A stretch of 64,000 nt of DNA, taken from positions 36,828,001-36,892,000 of the forward strand of contig OX597837.1 of NCBI GenBank assembly GCA_951406725.2. Reading direction: 5' to 3'. Both the position numbers and the translations under genes were made by a program. This stretch comes from Octopus vulgaris (taxonomy: Eukaryota). Shown here in pieces: positions 1-54,365 of this stretch. The stretch's first letter is position 1; every line of letters starts with the position of its first letter. The notes beneath the pieces were generated by a model. The model saw nothing but the letters and a program-made list of their open reading frames with translations. It ran no database searches and was not told the origin of the DNA.

Positions 1-61
1 ACCAAGGGCAATGGCTCAGAAAACCTGACCAACCCATACCAGCATGGAAAAAACTGATGTA

Positions 62-602
62 AAATGATGACGACAATGGTAGTAGTGACGATTGAGATGA
101 TGATGATGATAATGATGGTGATAATGGTAGTGGTGGTAATGACACTGATGATGATGATGATGGTGATAATGATGACAGTGGCAATAATGACGCTGATGAT
201 GGTGGTGGCAGTGGTGGTGATTGAGATGATGATGATGATGGTGGTGGTGGTGGTGGTGATAATGGTGGTGGGGGTGATGGTGATGATGATGATGATGGTG
301 ATAATGATGACGGTGGCAATAATGATGCTGATGATGGTGTTGGTGGTGGTGATTGAGATGATGGTGGTGATGATGACAATGATGATGATGGTGACAATGA
401 TGACTGAAGATGGTGATAACGATGATGATGATGATGGTGGCAGTGATGATTATGATGATGCTGATGATAGTGGTGGTGGTGATGATGATGATGATAGTGG
501 TGGTGGTGATGATAATGGTGGTGGTGGTGGTAGTGATGGTGATGATGATAATGGTGGTAGTGATGATGATGGTGGTGGTGGTGATGATAATGACGCTGAT
601 GA
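62..602. repeat. (GAT/GGT)n compound trinucleotide repeat, intronic
   Basis: Direct inspection. Confidence 0.95.
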
Positions 603-625
603 TCACCTGAAACATCTACTCTCAC

Positions 626-43600
<42,975 letters not shown>

Positions 43601-43679
43601 CCTGGAATAAAAGCAAAACAAAACTTCATTTTAGTTTGGTAAAACCCTCACAGATTAAATCAAAGACTTTATTTACAAT

Positions 43680-43963
43680 AAACCGTTAGATTCACTTCAA
43701 CATTTAAATTTAATTTGTCAAAATATTTTCATCACTTTGAGGCCACGACCAAAATTCTGCGCAGCACAGAATTTTGTCAGTGAACAGGTCGCAGTCTCAA
43801 AGCGATGAAAATATTTTGACAAATTAAACTTAAATGTTGAAGTGAATCTAACGGTTTTTGTGTGTTTTTAAATGGCTTATAAACACCTTCCGCACTGCAA
43901 TTGTTTTCGTTCCAGCACACAATCTCAGATCAGGTCACTTGCTATGCAAGTATATCTCCATAG
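43680..43963. mobile_element. Fold-back (inverted pLTR-like) insertion with a 12-bp TSD
   Basis: Arms ~43680-43750 and ~43787-43857; tttatttacaat duplicated at 43668-43679 and 43964-43975. Confidence 0.75.
43773..43823 (+). ncRNA. Putative hammerhead variant with a G3-C8 core
   Basis: TTTGTCA-GTGAACA-G-GTCGC(AGTCTCAAA)GCGAT-GAAAATATT-T^-TGACAAA. Confidence 0.55.
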
Positions 43964-45944
43964 TTTATTTACAATGTTTCTAGAATTTAAAAACAATGAC
44001 TCCATTTAATCCATTAGCATATAAACCATCCATGTCTGACCCAAATATTCTTCCAGTTCTATATTCAAACCAGCTAGATCCAGCCTCTCACACCTACCCT
44101 ACATTGTCATTCTACAAATAAACAATCTCATCTTGAAGATAATTGCATGAATAATCCAAAGCAATGTGAATAAATACGCAATACATTTGACAGAGTAATC
44201 TGAATGCTAAAAGGTTAAACTACTGCTTAACTTGAAGTGTGGTTTGCTGTTAAGTTAAGGAAGTCAAGTTTTATCATCATCAGTATTAAAGTGAAAGTAT
44301 CTGACATTACAATAGAGAGATGTTATTGTTTCACTTTTGACATGTAATGCTGAAATAGCGGAAAAGACATGATATTGCTGTGGGCTCGCACTAGGCAAAA
44401 AGTTAATAATTTCTTTTGCCCATGACACTACATGGACCCTTAGTAAGGCATGTGTAAAATTTGAATGAAATTGGTGGTGTAGTTCTCAAGTTTTAGGGAT
44501 TCACACAGACACACATTCTCATATTTATATTTATATATCAGCAATAATAATTCTCTAAAGAGATATAGACAGTAACTGCTCGATAACATAAGGGACTAAA
44601 GCCATCTGAATATGGCTAGGGACAGGGCAGGGTGGTGACACCCCACCACCTGCCCTGTCCTGCCATATTCAGATGGCTAGTCCTATTTTATATCCTTTCA
44701 GGTATTTATATATATGTTCTCCCTGGAGGACAATTTTCTAGTTTGTTGCACACACGCATTTTTGCTAATACATACACGGTGAAGCTATACATTAGCGTCG
44801 TATTATTACATTCGCTATTTCCAGTAAATATCGGTACTTAGTTGTGCCATATATTTACTACTTTGTGTATATATATATATACACTCCATTCCTTAATTTT
44901 GGATTTTTATTCATAGAAACAGCAACCCCAGCTGCTAACTGTGAACTATAAAATAACTTTTTTTCAGCTTATTGAACTTTGATATGGGAAAAATGTACAA
45001 CCTTCCACATCAATAAACTGCTATTGTTCCCTGAAAGTTTTTCTTTATACTTTCTACAGACTGCTTGAAGCTTACTTGCTTCCTACACCTTGATCCTTGA
45101 ATGTTACTTCTATACACAGACTAGGGCAGCGGACTCGTGATTGTAGAATTGCGGTTTCGATTCCCAGATCGGGCATTGTGAGTGTTTGAGCGAAAACACC
45201 TAAAGCTCAACGAGGCTCCGACAGGGGGTGGTGGCGAACCCTGCTGTACTCTTTCACCACAACTTTCTTTCACTCTTTCTTCCTGTTTCTATTGTACCTG
45301 TATTTCAAAGGGCTAGCCTTGTCATACTGAATCTCCCCCGAGAACTACGTTAAGGATACACGTGTCTGTGGAGTGCTCAGCCACTTGCACATTAATTTCA
45401 CGATCAGGCTGTTCCGTTGATCGGATCAACTGGAACCCTCATCGTCATAACCAACGGACTGCCACAATATACACACACACATATTTGCTGTACTACATAA
45501 TATATCTACATATTTTAGCCAACAGTGTACATAAACAAACAATATCTTCATAGACAAAATTATAAGAATCAGTCGAATAGGGCACTCAGTCAAGCTACAA
45601 CCACGAGTCCGCTGCCCTAACCACTCGGCCATTGCACCTCCAATCAATTATGAAACCCAAAATAGGATTAAAACTAGTCAGGTTGAAAATTCTATTTCTG
45701 TCACAAAGACATTGTATACAAACGTATGGTGTTTACAGCTGTCTATATACACAGGGTTAACCAAAATTAATAGCTATATTCTTAAGACCCCCTTCGTTCA
45801 TAACTGACCATGGGATTGTACCTAGGAGGGGAACTTTCCCCTCCCAGGCACAAGTCCGGGCAGGGTTGTTTATGGAAGACCTGCAGTCGCCCATGCATAC
45901 CGGCCTCCCCTCTTCACGCCACCAGTGTTATCCAAGGGAAAGGC

Positions 45945-46369
45945 GGCGATCTTTCGTCTCTAGTAGACCTTTCCGTCGATTTCCGTAAAAAAATTTTTTT
46001 CTTTACATATGGGCTTGCGGGAACTTTTGAAGTAATGAGAGCGAAAGAGACTAAGAGAAAGCGATTGTATGACGAGGGAAGTTCTTTTGAAGTTACCGTG
46101 CATGGCAACATTGATGTACATGTGTGTGTGTGTGTTTGATGGGGTGTGGGAGACAGACAGTATGTTGTGTAAGTGAAGTGCTTCTGTTAGTGTGTGTGAA
46201 GAGACAGAGTAATGTGTGAAAGAAAGAGATAACTGAAATTTTTTACTCGGTGTATGTGTATATGTATGTATATTACTTCAAAAGTTCCCGCAAGCCCATA
46301 TGTAAAAAAAAAAAAAAAATTTTTTTTACGGAAATCGACGGAAAGGTCTGCTAGAGACTAAAAATCGCC
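45945..46369. mobile_element. MITE with ~90-bp TIRs
   Basis: ggcgatctttcgtctctag...gaagtaat / attacttc...ctagagactaaaaatcgcc. Confidence 0.85.
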
Positions 46370-46693
46370 CAGCTGTCTATATACATAGGGTTAACCAAAA
46401 TTAATAGCTATATTCTTGAGACCCTCTTCGTTCATAACCGACCATGGGATTGTACCTAGAAAGTTCCCCTCCCAGGCACAAGTCCGGGTAAGGTTTGTTT
46501 ATGGAAGACCTGCAGTCGCCCATGGATACCGGCCTCCTCCTCTCCACGCCACTGATGTTATCTAAAGGAAAGGCAAAGGCCATGATTTAGGTAAAAGTAC
46601 TCAAAGAAACCACAAAGCCCAGTGACACACATATTTACATGTTGAAGTAAGGAGACACAATTAAAGCTTTTGAGATCAATCGATTCTACATAC

Positions 46694-46960
46694 CTCGATA
46701 TATCTGTAACTGTTCAACTATATATATATATATATATTTATCTGTGTTTTATATATGAGTATATTTCTAAAAAAAACTAAAACCGGGAAAAAAAAGAAGG
46801 ATTCGTAAACACCACGCTCTACACAAAGCGGAAATTATCCACCGCGCATGACGTTGCAAACCGGTGTAAACGAAATTGCCCTTTGCGAGTTCCTAGTAAC
46901 ATAAAAGCCCGGTGTAAGAATAACGGCAATATTTTTCTGTCAGATTGGCGGGAGTCATTT
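46694..46960 (-). promoter_or_regulatory. Probable AQR non-coding first exon (donor GAG|gtatgt at 46694/46693) and CpG-rich promoter
   Basis: The first coding exon starts with an acceptor, so an upstream exon is required. A good donor lies next to a unique-sequence CpG cluster (~46800-46955) containing TGACGT and ATTGGCGGGA (CCAAT/E2F-like) motifs. The TSS cannot be determined. Confidence 0.55.
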
Positions 46961-46979
46961 GTTATATAAGGACAACAGA

Positions 46980-47790
46980 AGGCGGCGAGCTGGCAGAGAC
47001 GTTAGCGCGCCGGGCGAAATGCTTAGCGGTATTTCGTCTGCCGTTACGTTCTGAGTTCAAATTCCGCCGAGGCCGACTTTGCCTTTCATCCTTTCGGAGT
47101 CGATAAATTAAGTACCAGTTATGCACTGAGGTCGATGTTTGTCCACTCTATGTTTAGCCCCTTGTGGATAATAAAGAAATAGGTGAAATGCTTTCGGCTG
47201 CCGTTACATTCTGAGTTCAAATTCTGCCGAGGTCGACTTTGCCTTTCATCCTTTCGGGGTCGATAAATTAAGTACCAGTTATGCACTGAGGTCGATGTTT
47301 GTCCACTCTATGTTTAGCCCCTTGTGGATAATAAAGAAATAGGTGAAATGCTTTCGGCTGCCGTTACATTCTGAGTTCAAATTCTGCCGAGGTCGACTTT
47401 GCCTTTCATCCTTTCGGGGTCGATAAATTAAGTACCAGTTATGCACTGAGGTCGATGTTTGTCCACTCTATGTTTAGCCCCTTGTGGATAATAAAGAAAT
47501 AGGTGAAATGCTTTCGGCTGCCGTTACATTCTGAGTTCAAATTCTGCCGAGGTCGACTTTGCCTTTCATCCTTTCGGGGTCGATAAATTAGGTACCAACT
47601 ACGCACTGGGGTCAATGTAATCGACTTAATACCTATGTCTGTCCTTGTTTGTCCCCTCTGTGTTTAGCCCCTTGTGGGTAATAAAGAAATAGGTATTTCG
47701 TCTGTCGTTACGTTCTGAGTTCAAATTCCGCCGAGGTAGACTTTGCCTTTCATCCTTTCGGGGTCGATAAACTAAGTACCAGTTGCGTTC
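46980..47790 (+). mobile_element. SINE family B, head plus a tandem array with a 160-bp period (other copies at ~3840-4295, 6675-6875, 21140-21355, 22195-22425, 22975-23520, 36423-36835, 52680-52838, 60270-60465)
   Basis: ggcggcgagctggcag..gagttcaaattccgccgaggtcgactttgcctttcatcc; units recur at 47181, 47341 and 47501. Confidence 0.88.
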
Positions 47791-48142
47791 TGGAGAGCTT
47801 TTCCTTTTGAACGGCAGTTTTCAACACAATTTCTAGTTCACTAAACACTTTTAAACTTCGTATACTGGTAGAATGTGTCAAAATAAAACATTTTTTTCTC
47901 TTGGCTTTCTTGAGAAAATTGTAATTTGTAAGTTTAATGTAGTTTAATTTTTCGAGTTTTAACCAATCCTATGCCCTCTATTGAGCTAAAATCATTTGCT
48001 ACGTCTAAAACAGACAACATCCTGTCACAAAACCTAACCCTAACTGAGGAGATTCCAAGTAGGGCAGACCACTACAGTATCTGATAGGTATTTATAAAAA
48101 AATTCATTTGGGGATATCCATTTTTCTGAAAATTATGAGGAA

Positions 48143-48271
48143 TTACTATTATTATTATTCAGGTCACTGCCTGGAATCAAACTCAGAATCATATGCCCAT
48201 GGGCATATGGCGTAGTGGTTAAGAGCGTGGGCTACTAACCCCAAGATTCTGAGTTCGATTCCATGCAGTGA

Positions 48272-48316
<45 letters not shown>

Positions 48317-48499
48317 TAATGACATCAAAAAATACCTTAGGAATAAGAACCCAGGTTCAAAATTTCCCCAAGACACCTGATGAAGGCTGGAGGGTATATC
48401 AGCTGAAACATTGTGTTAAGAACAAACAAGATGAGGACAATTATCCGTCAAATGTAAACAATGTACATAATTCCTCATCTCTTAAATATAGAACTGTAT
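48143..48499 (+). mobile_element. Same element: monomer preceded by a short inverted head fragment
   Basis: Palindrome CATATGCCCATGGGCATATG at 48190-48209, tRNA-like head, (AAT)n, hammerhead at 48373. Confidence 0.75.
48373..48416 (+). ncRNA. Hammerhead ribozyme copy
   Basis: ACAC CTGATGA AGGCTG...CAGCT GAAAC ATT GTGT. Confidence 0.65.
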
Positions 48500-50294
48500 C
48501 CAGTTTTTGTCTTTTATCAGATTCCTAGATGCAGCATTTATATATATAGATGGTCGTGGTGACCATTATAGATAGTGGACCATTGTGCGTGTTGTGTGAC
48601 CATCTAATATCGACTCATATCAGAAGGCTGAAATAATACATATAATTTGCCAGTTGGAAAAGAGAAGAGACACAATTGAATAGAAGGCTTATTAAAGATT
48701 TATTGTTATATTTGCATGCATCTGTGTGGGTTGTATGTTTGCTGTTAACCATGGTGAAGTAATTCATGAACAGTGCTATGTTAGAACCTGTGCAGTGTTG
48801 CTGGTGCTGTGTATGTAGAGATGTTGTCGATGATGTTGGTGAGAGACATGATGGTGGCGATGAAGATGGCGGCCACTGTAATACTGTTGGATGGTTGTTG
48901 TCCTATGTCATTGCTGGAACTGGCCACGTCATGTGGTCAGTGGTTAGACCATAGAAGGTCTGAAACCAAAAGGCTTCGAGACAAGAGAAGTTGAGGTTTT
49001 ATAAGTAACAGTAGGTTCAAACTGGAGTTTAGAACAGGCTGTATCATGTGATCTTCTTTAGGGACTTTGATTGGTTAGGTTGCATATTGGCACAATAGAG
49101 CAAGAGACAAATTGCGTCAATACCAACCAATCAGAGTGGTGGATACAGTGGGGTCCAAATAGTACCCAAAGGTTAGCTGTTGTCTGCTACGTTTGAATGT
49201 ATGTATATATAATAAAAGAGAAGGAAGTTCACTAGAGTGTGCGCTACAGACATGTTGTGGCTTCATGCAGGTATGGCATGGATTCAATCCTCGATAGCCA
49301 AATTTCACTTAACAGTTCAACATCACTTTTCTCAATGTAAAACAATAGTTTTTTCTGTGAGTGACAGCAGTTACATTTGCCAGATGCCTTCTCTAAGCAG
49401 AATAATGTCTTTGCCACTTGACCCTTCCAACCTCTTCTAGGCCACCAAAAGCTAGAATAGAGATAACAGACTGCCAACGAAATTCATTGTCCTCAACAAT
49501 ATGTCTCTCCTTCTAACTTGTTTGGATAGTTATAAATATTAAAACACCATAGGAAAAAGGGAGTTAGCAAAAAGGAGATGATGCAGAGGCGACCACAGGC
49601 AGAATCCAGTTAGTAAGATAATTCAACTGAGAGATGGTTTACAATGAGAATGTCAACTCTGATACAGTGTCTTATCACAACACCATTGCTGTTTAAATGT
49701 CAGGCACAATGAAAGTATCATTTCATCGACTTCCTACACTTAACATACATTCACTCTATCTTCCTCTAATTCCTAGTTAGGCAGCTAGCAGTTGACCAAA
49801 CATAAACAGCAACAACATACAAGAAAAGATAACTATATTGTTTTTATGTGATACACACACCTACCCGTCGTAGTTTGGCATTATATAAAGTAATGGTAAA
49901 TAAATATTTCTTTACAACTTCGATCACTGTTCTTCTTCCATCTTGCACATCTGCAACGACAACACCCGATACAACTGCAAACTGTCAGCTCCAACATATA
50001 CCATAATGCAAACTGTTACACTGGCAACCACCACCTTAACAACAACCATCACCATTGGTGACCCTTGACTGCAACAAAGAACTAACCGTTACATACATAC
50101 ATACATACATATATATATATATGGAGGCGCAATGGCCCAGTGATTAGGGCAGCGGACTCGCGGTTTCGATTCCCAGACTGGGTGTTGTGAGTGTTTATTG
50201 AGTGAAAACACCTAAAGCTCCACGAGACTCCGGCAAGGTGGCAATTCTGCTGTACTCTTTCACCACAAATTTCTTCTCACTCTTTCTTCTGTTG

Positions 50295-50612
50295 CACAAG
50301 ATCTTGATTGTATCAAGAACAATGAAAACATTTTGAAAACTTTGTGTAGGCCTCTGAGCAGGTATTGCCCCCCTTGGCAAAATTTGATGCAGATTCTCTG
50401 CTCAACTTCTTCTGTCATGGTCAATGCAACGATCACACGCTACACACCTTCCTTCCAAGCACTGCTGTAAATAGCGGAAGTGAGCTGGAACATTAAAACT
50501 TAGAGTGCATGCACAGCAGAGTTGAAGGTCAATCTGTGCCCAGCGACTTCACTCTGTGTGCTTTAGCTTCGTTACTATGGCAACACTCAGGATACTTATT
50601 GATCAGACCACA
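50295..50612 (-). mobile_element. Mariner 5' end fragment
   Basis: TIR-like gtggtctgatcaataagtatcc and N-terminal MTEEVEQRICIKFC. Confidence 0.7.
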
Positions 50613-51942
50613 TATATGCACATACCTATGATAAATATAAAAAAAATTAGAGGCATAAAAAAAAATATATAAAGGGCACGGATACAAACAACATATGAAG
50701 TGAATCTATATAAATGCGCAAACACACATATGGTAACTTCACAGATAGCTGCAACAATATCAACAACATGACTAACAACAATGGTAACAACAACAACAGC
50801 AACTACATCTACCACGATGGCAGCAGCGTGGGAAAACACAGAAACACAGTGAGTTACAAGAACAGTACAAAAAGTTGGGTTCAAAGGAAACAGCAGTAGC
50901 AATGGGGTAGGGGCTGGGGTTGAGGGGGGGTCATAATGCAACTGAGAACAATGACACACACACACACACAAACATAGATGCATGCACATATAAGGATACA
51001 CATCATAGAAGAACAGAATGGAATAAGTAGAGCAAGAGCACACATGAAGACAGAAAGTGTCACTGAGGAGGTCACAGAGGAGTGACAAGACATTTCCAGA
51101 CAATGGACATGAGTTAGAATAAGAACAAGTGAAGAACGAATATGTAGTGTGTGTGTTTATTTGGCAAAAAAAAAAATGACCGTCCTGAAATGCAGCAATT
51201 TATTTATATAATAATCAACTTCATATTGCCTACGTACGTTTCAGTTTCTTCCCTTCATTCATATTTTGCAATCAAGATTACATCATGCATTTAAAAAGCA
51301 AAATTAATTCCCATCCTAATGGATGTGTTTCCTTATATGCTAATGCGTCTATGTTTGTGTATGTGTGCATGTGTGTGTGTGTGTGTGTGTATCTGTGTGT
51401 CTGTGTATAAGATAGGGGTAGTATCAAAGGATCCTAGTCAGGCAACACAAGTAAAGAGATATATTAACATAATAGGGGGCCCTTTCAAGCATAGACTCAC
51501 CAACCATTAATCTACTTTTAAGGTTCAAGAAAGATGTAATGTCATAACATCCTAATGGGAGCTGAAGGAAAATACTGCACCATATAAAGTCAACTGGACA
51601 CACACACACACACATACACAATGTATATGGTCAGTCTTTCTTAGTGTTGATCAACAGTATTGCAGAGACAATAATTTAACCACCTCTGTTGAGCCTGGGC
51701 TGTTTCTAGAAGCAAGTGCTTGGCTTCAAGTACACTTACCTCCACTCCACTCATGGATACATGACAAAGGAAAGACAAATCCATTTGTTTATAGCATCCA
51801 TGGAGCTGCAGAGGATGTTAGTTATCGGTTAAATATAATCATACATATCTGCCTTAGAGTGCCTCCCTCTGGATTTTCTGTAGGGGTTTACTCCCTTGGC
51901 CTTTTTTAAATGCTCAATAAATTACCCTACAAGGCAGCAGGG

Positions 51943-52310
51943 TTTTATCATCTCCACCTTAGTGAAGGCAGAGGTATTGTTTTAGTTGTGTTTGTTTGTC
52001 TGTGGACAAGATATCTCAAGAATCGCTGGATGGATTTGGATGAAACTTTCAGGGATGTTTGGCCTCATGACTGGCACAAATTGATTAGATTTTGGGATCA
52101 ATCCAGTATCGAACTAGGATTCTGGATTATCTTTCCTGATTTTATTTTGCTTAATTTTTTAGAGCAGTTGGGTTCATTTGTAGTACTCTCATTCGTGAGA
52201 GCAGTTGAGTTTATTTCAGATATCTTCATATTAAGAATCATCTCTGGTTAATCGCTGAGAAGACATTGGTGTTACCTTGTCGGAGGTTTGCGCTCTCTGA
52301 GTGCTCGTTA
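51943..52310 (+). mobile_element. Helentron-associated (HINE/DINE-like) element
   Basis: Sub-terminal inverted motif atctccacc / gtcggaggt, GTTT/GTCT microsatellite, 3' gcgctctctgagtgc stem-loop. Confidence 0.6.
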
Positions 52311-52641
52311 TAATTATAGCCATGGTTTAGGTAGAGCCAGTCTCACTCTTCCGTCCCTCAAACTTGTATTGGTCTGGTGCAACAAGAACCACAAGTCCGG
52401 TAATTCCCAGGATGCAGGAGTTCTCTTAGATGAGCAGCTAAAGCACTGAAGGACCTTATCTGCCCTGTGCCCATTGGTGTGTCAGGCAAGAGGCAATTCC
52501 GTGATATGTTAATTGACCCATCTTGGGACCCTGATAGGTGCTATTACACTGGGTCAGGGTGGTCCACACTATTCAAAACCTTGGAACTCCCAAACCAGAG
52601 TCGCACTACCGGATACAACTACACATGCATACACACACATG

Positions 52642-52680
<39 letters not shown>

Positions 52681-54063
52681 CCTTTCTACTATAAGCACAA
52701 GGCCTGAAATTTGGGGGAGGGAGCTAGTCGATTACATCGACCCCAGTGTTTCACTGGTACTTATTCTATTGACCCTGAAAGGATGAATGCCAAAGTCGAC
52801 CCCGGCGAAATTTGAACTCAGAATGCGAAGACGGACGAAAGGGTACTCTGTCGTCTACGAGGACGAGTGTTCGAATTGATCTGATCAATGGAATAGCCTG
52901 CTCGTGAAATTAACATGCGAGTGGCTGAGTACTCCACAGGTATGCGTATCCTTCACGTAGTTCTCTGGGAGATTCAGCGTGAGACAGAATGTGACAGGGC
53001 TGGCCCTTTCAAATTACTGGTACTATTCAATTTTGCAGGCTGAGTGAAGTGAGGAAATGCAAAATAAAGCATCTTACTCAAGGACATGACGCGCCGCCCA
53101 GAATCGAACTCATGACCTTACGATCGTAAGCCGAATACCCTAACCACTAAGCCACGCACCTTCACCCCCACCACACATGTATCTCTCTCTTTCTCTTTCT
53201 CTCTTTTACTTGTTTCAGTCATTTGACTGCGGCCATGCTGGAGCACTGCCTTTAGTCGAGCAAATCGACCCCGGGACTTATTCTTTGTAAGCCCAGTACT
53301 TATTCTATCGGTCTCTTTTGCCGAACCGCTAAGTGACAGGGACGTAAACACACCAGCATCGGTTGTCAAGCAATGCTAGGGGGACAAACACAGATACACA
53401 CATATATATAGGCTTCTTTCAGTTTCCGTCTATCAAATCCACTCACAAGGCATTGGTCGGCCCGGGGCTATAGCAGAAGACACTTGCCCAAGATGCCATG
53501 CAGTGGGACTGAACCCAGAACCATGTGGTTGGTTAGCAAGCTACTTACCACACAGCCACTCCTGCGCCTGTATATTTTCTTCCGTACTTATTTACCGCTT
53601 TCGTTTGTCACATTTTCGTTCTCTCTGGGGAAATAGAAGCAAACATTCCTAGTTTTAGAAATACTTTATGTCTACCTCTCACACTTAGGCGCAAATGTGT
53701 GAGGGCACCTTCAAAACGATCGCTTAACTTAGGAATTAGCAGCTAAATAACCCCCGTCCCTGCTCCTCCAAACTGCACCCTACCGGCTTTGAAAGCGGCC
53801 CCATTTGTTAATGTAGTCTAGAGTACGTTATGCCTTAAAAAGAAAGACGCGACGCGATATTTTAAGTGAAATGTCTTTGATCGTAGGTTTTTCTCGATTA
53901 GGACTGCCCTGCAGCTATACAAAGTATATGTATGTGTGTGAGGGTATAAATTCCTACGATTCTCACGAGAAATCATTAGAACAGCATTAAGATATTAATC
54001 TTAGTAACACTGATAATGTAAACACACACACACACATATATATATTTATATATATATATATAT

Positions 54064-54242
54064 ATATATATACCAATTAAGGACTGAACACGAAAAGTGA
54101 ACAGTCAACATGCTAGATATAGACGTCAAATCGCCATTCTCCACAAAAGATTATGTTCTCAGGTGGAGAATGGCGATTTGACGTCTATATCTAGCATGTT
54201 GACTGTCCACTTTTCGTGTTCAGTCCTTAATTGGTATATATA
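54064..54242. repeat. Near-perfect ~80-bp-arm hairpin in a (TA)n-embedded element
   Basis: taccaattaaggactg...attctccac / gtggagaat...cagtccttaattggta. Confidence 0.9.
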
Positions 54243-54320
54243 AATATTTTAATCTTCGGATTCTTTTTTAATATGCTAGACCACTGGTCTTAATTGATAA
54301 ATATCAATTTCTACCCTTAA

Positions 54321-54365
<45 letters not shown>

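Noticed and set aside
48030-48046. Telomeric repeat
   Set aside because: Only about two CCTAAC units inside an interspersed repeat.
48201-48275. tRNA gene
   Set aside because: A/B boxes are present but the acceptor and T stems do not pair, and it runs into a repeated element body; it is a SINE-type head. The same holds for 41386 and 36907.
48770-49260. LTR or promoter-like block (AAGATGGCGGC, CCAAT boxes, TATA)
   Set aside because: No second LTR, primer-binding site or coding region was found, and the motifs lie in low-complexity sequence.
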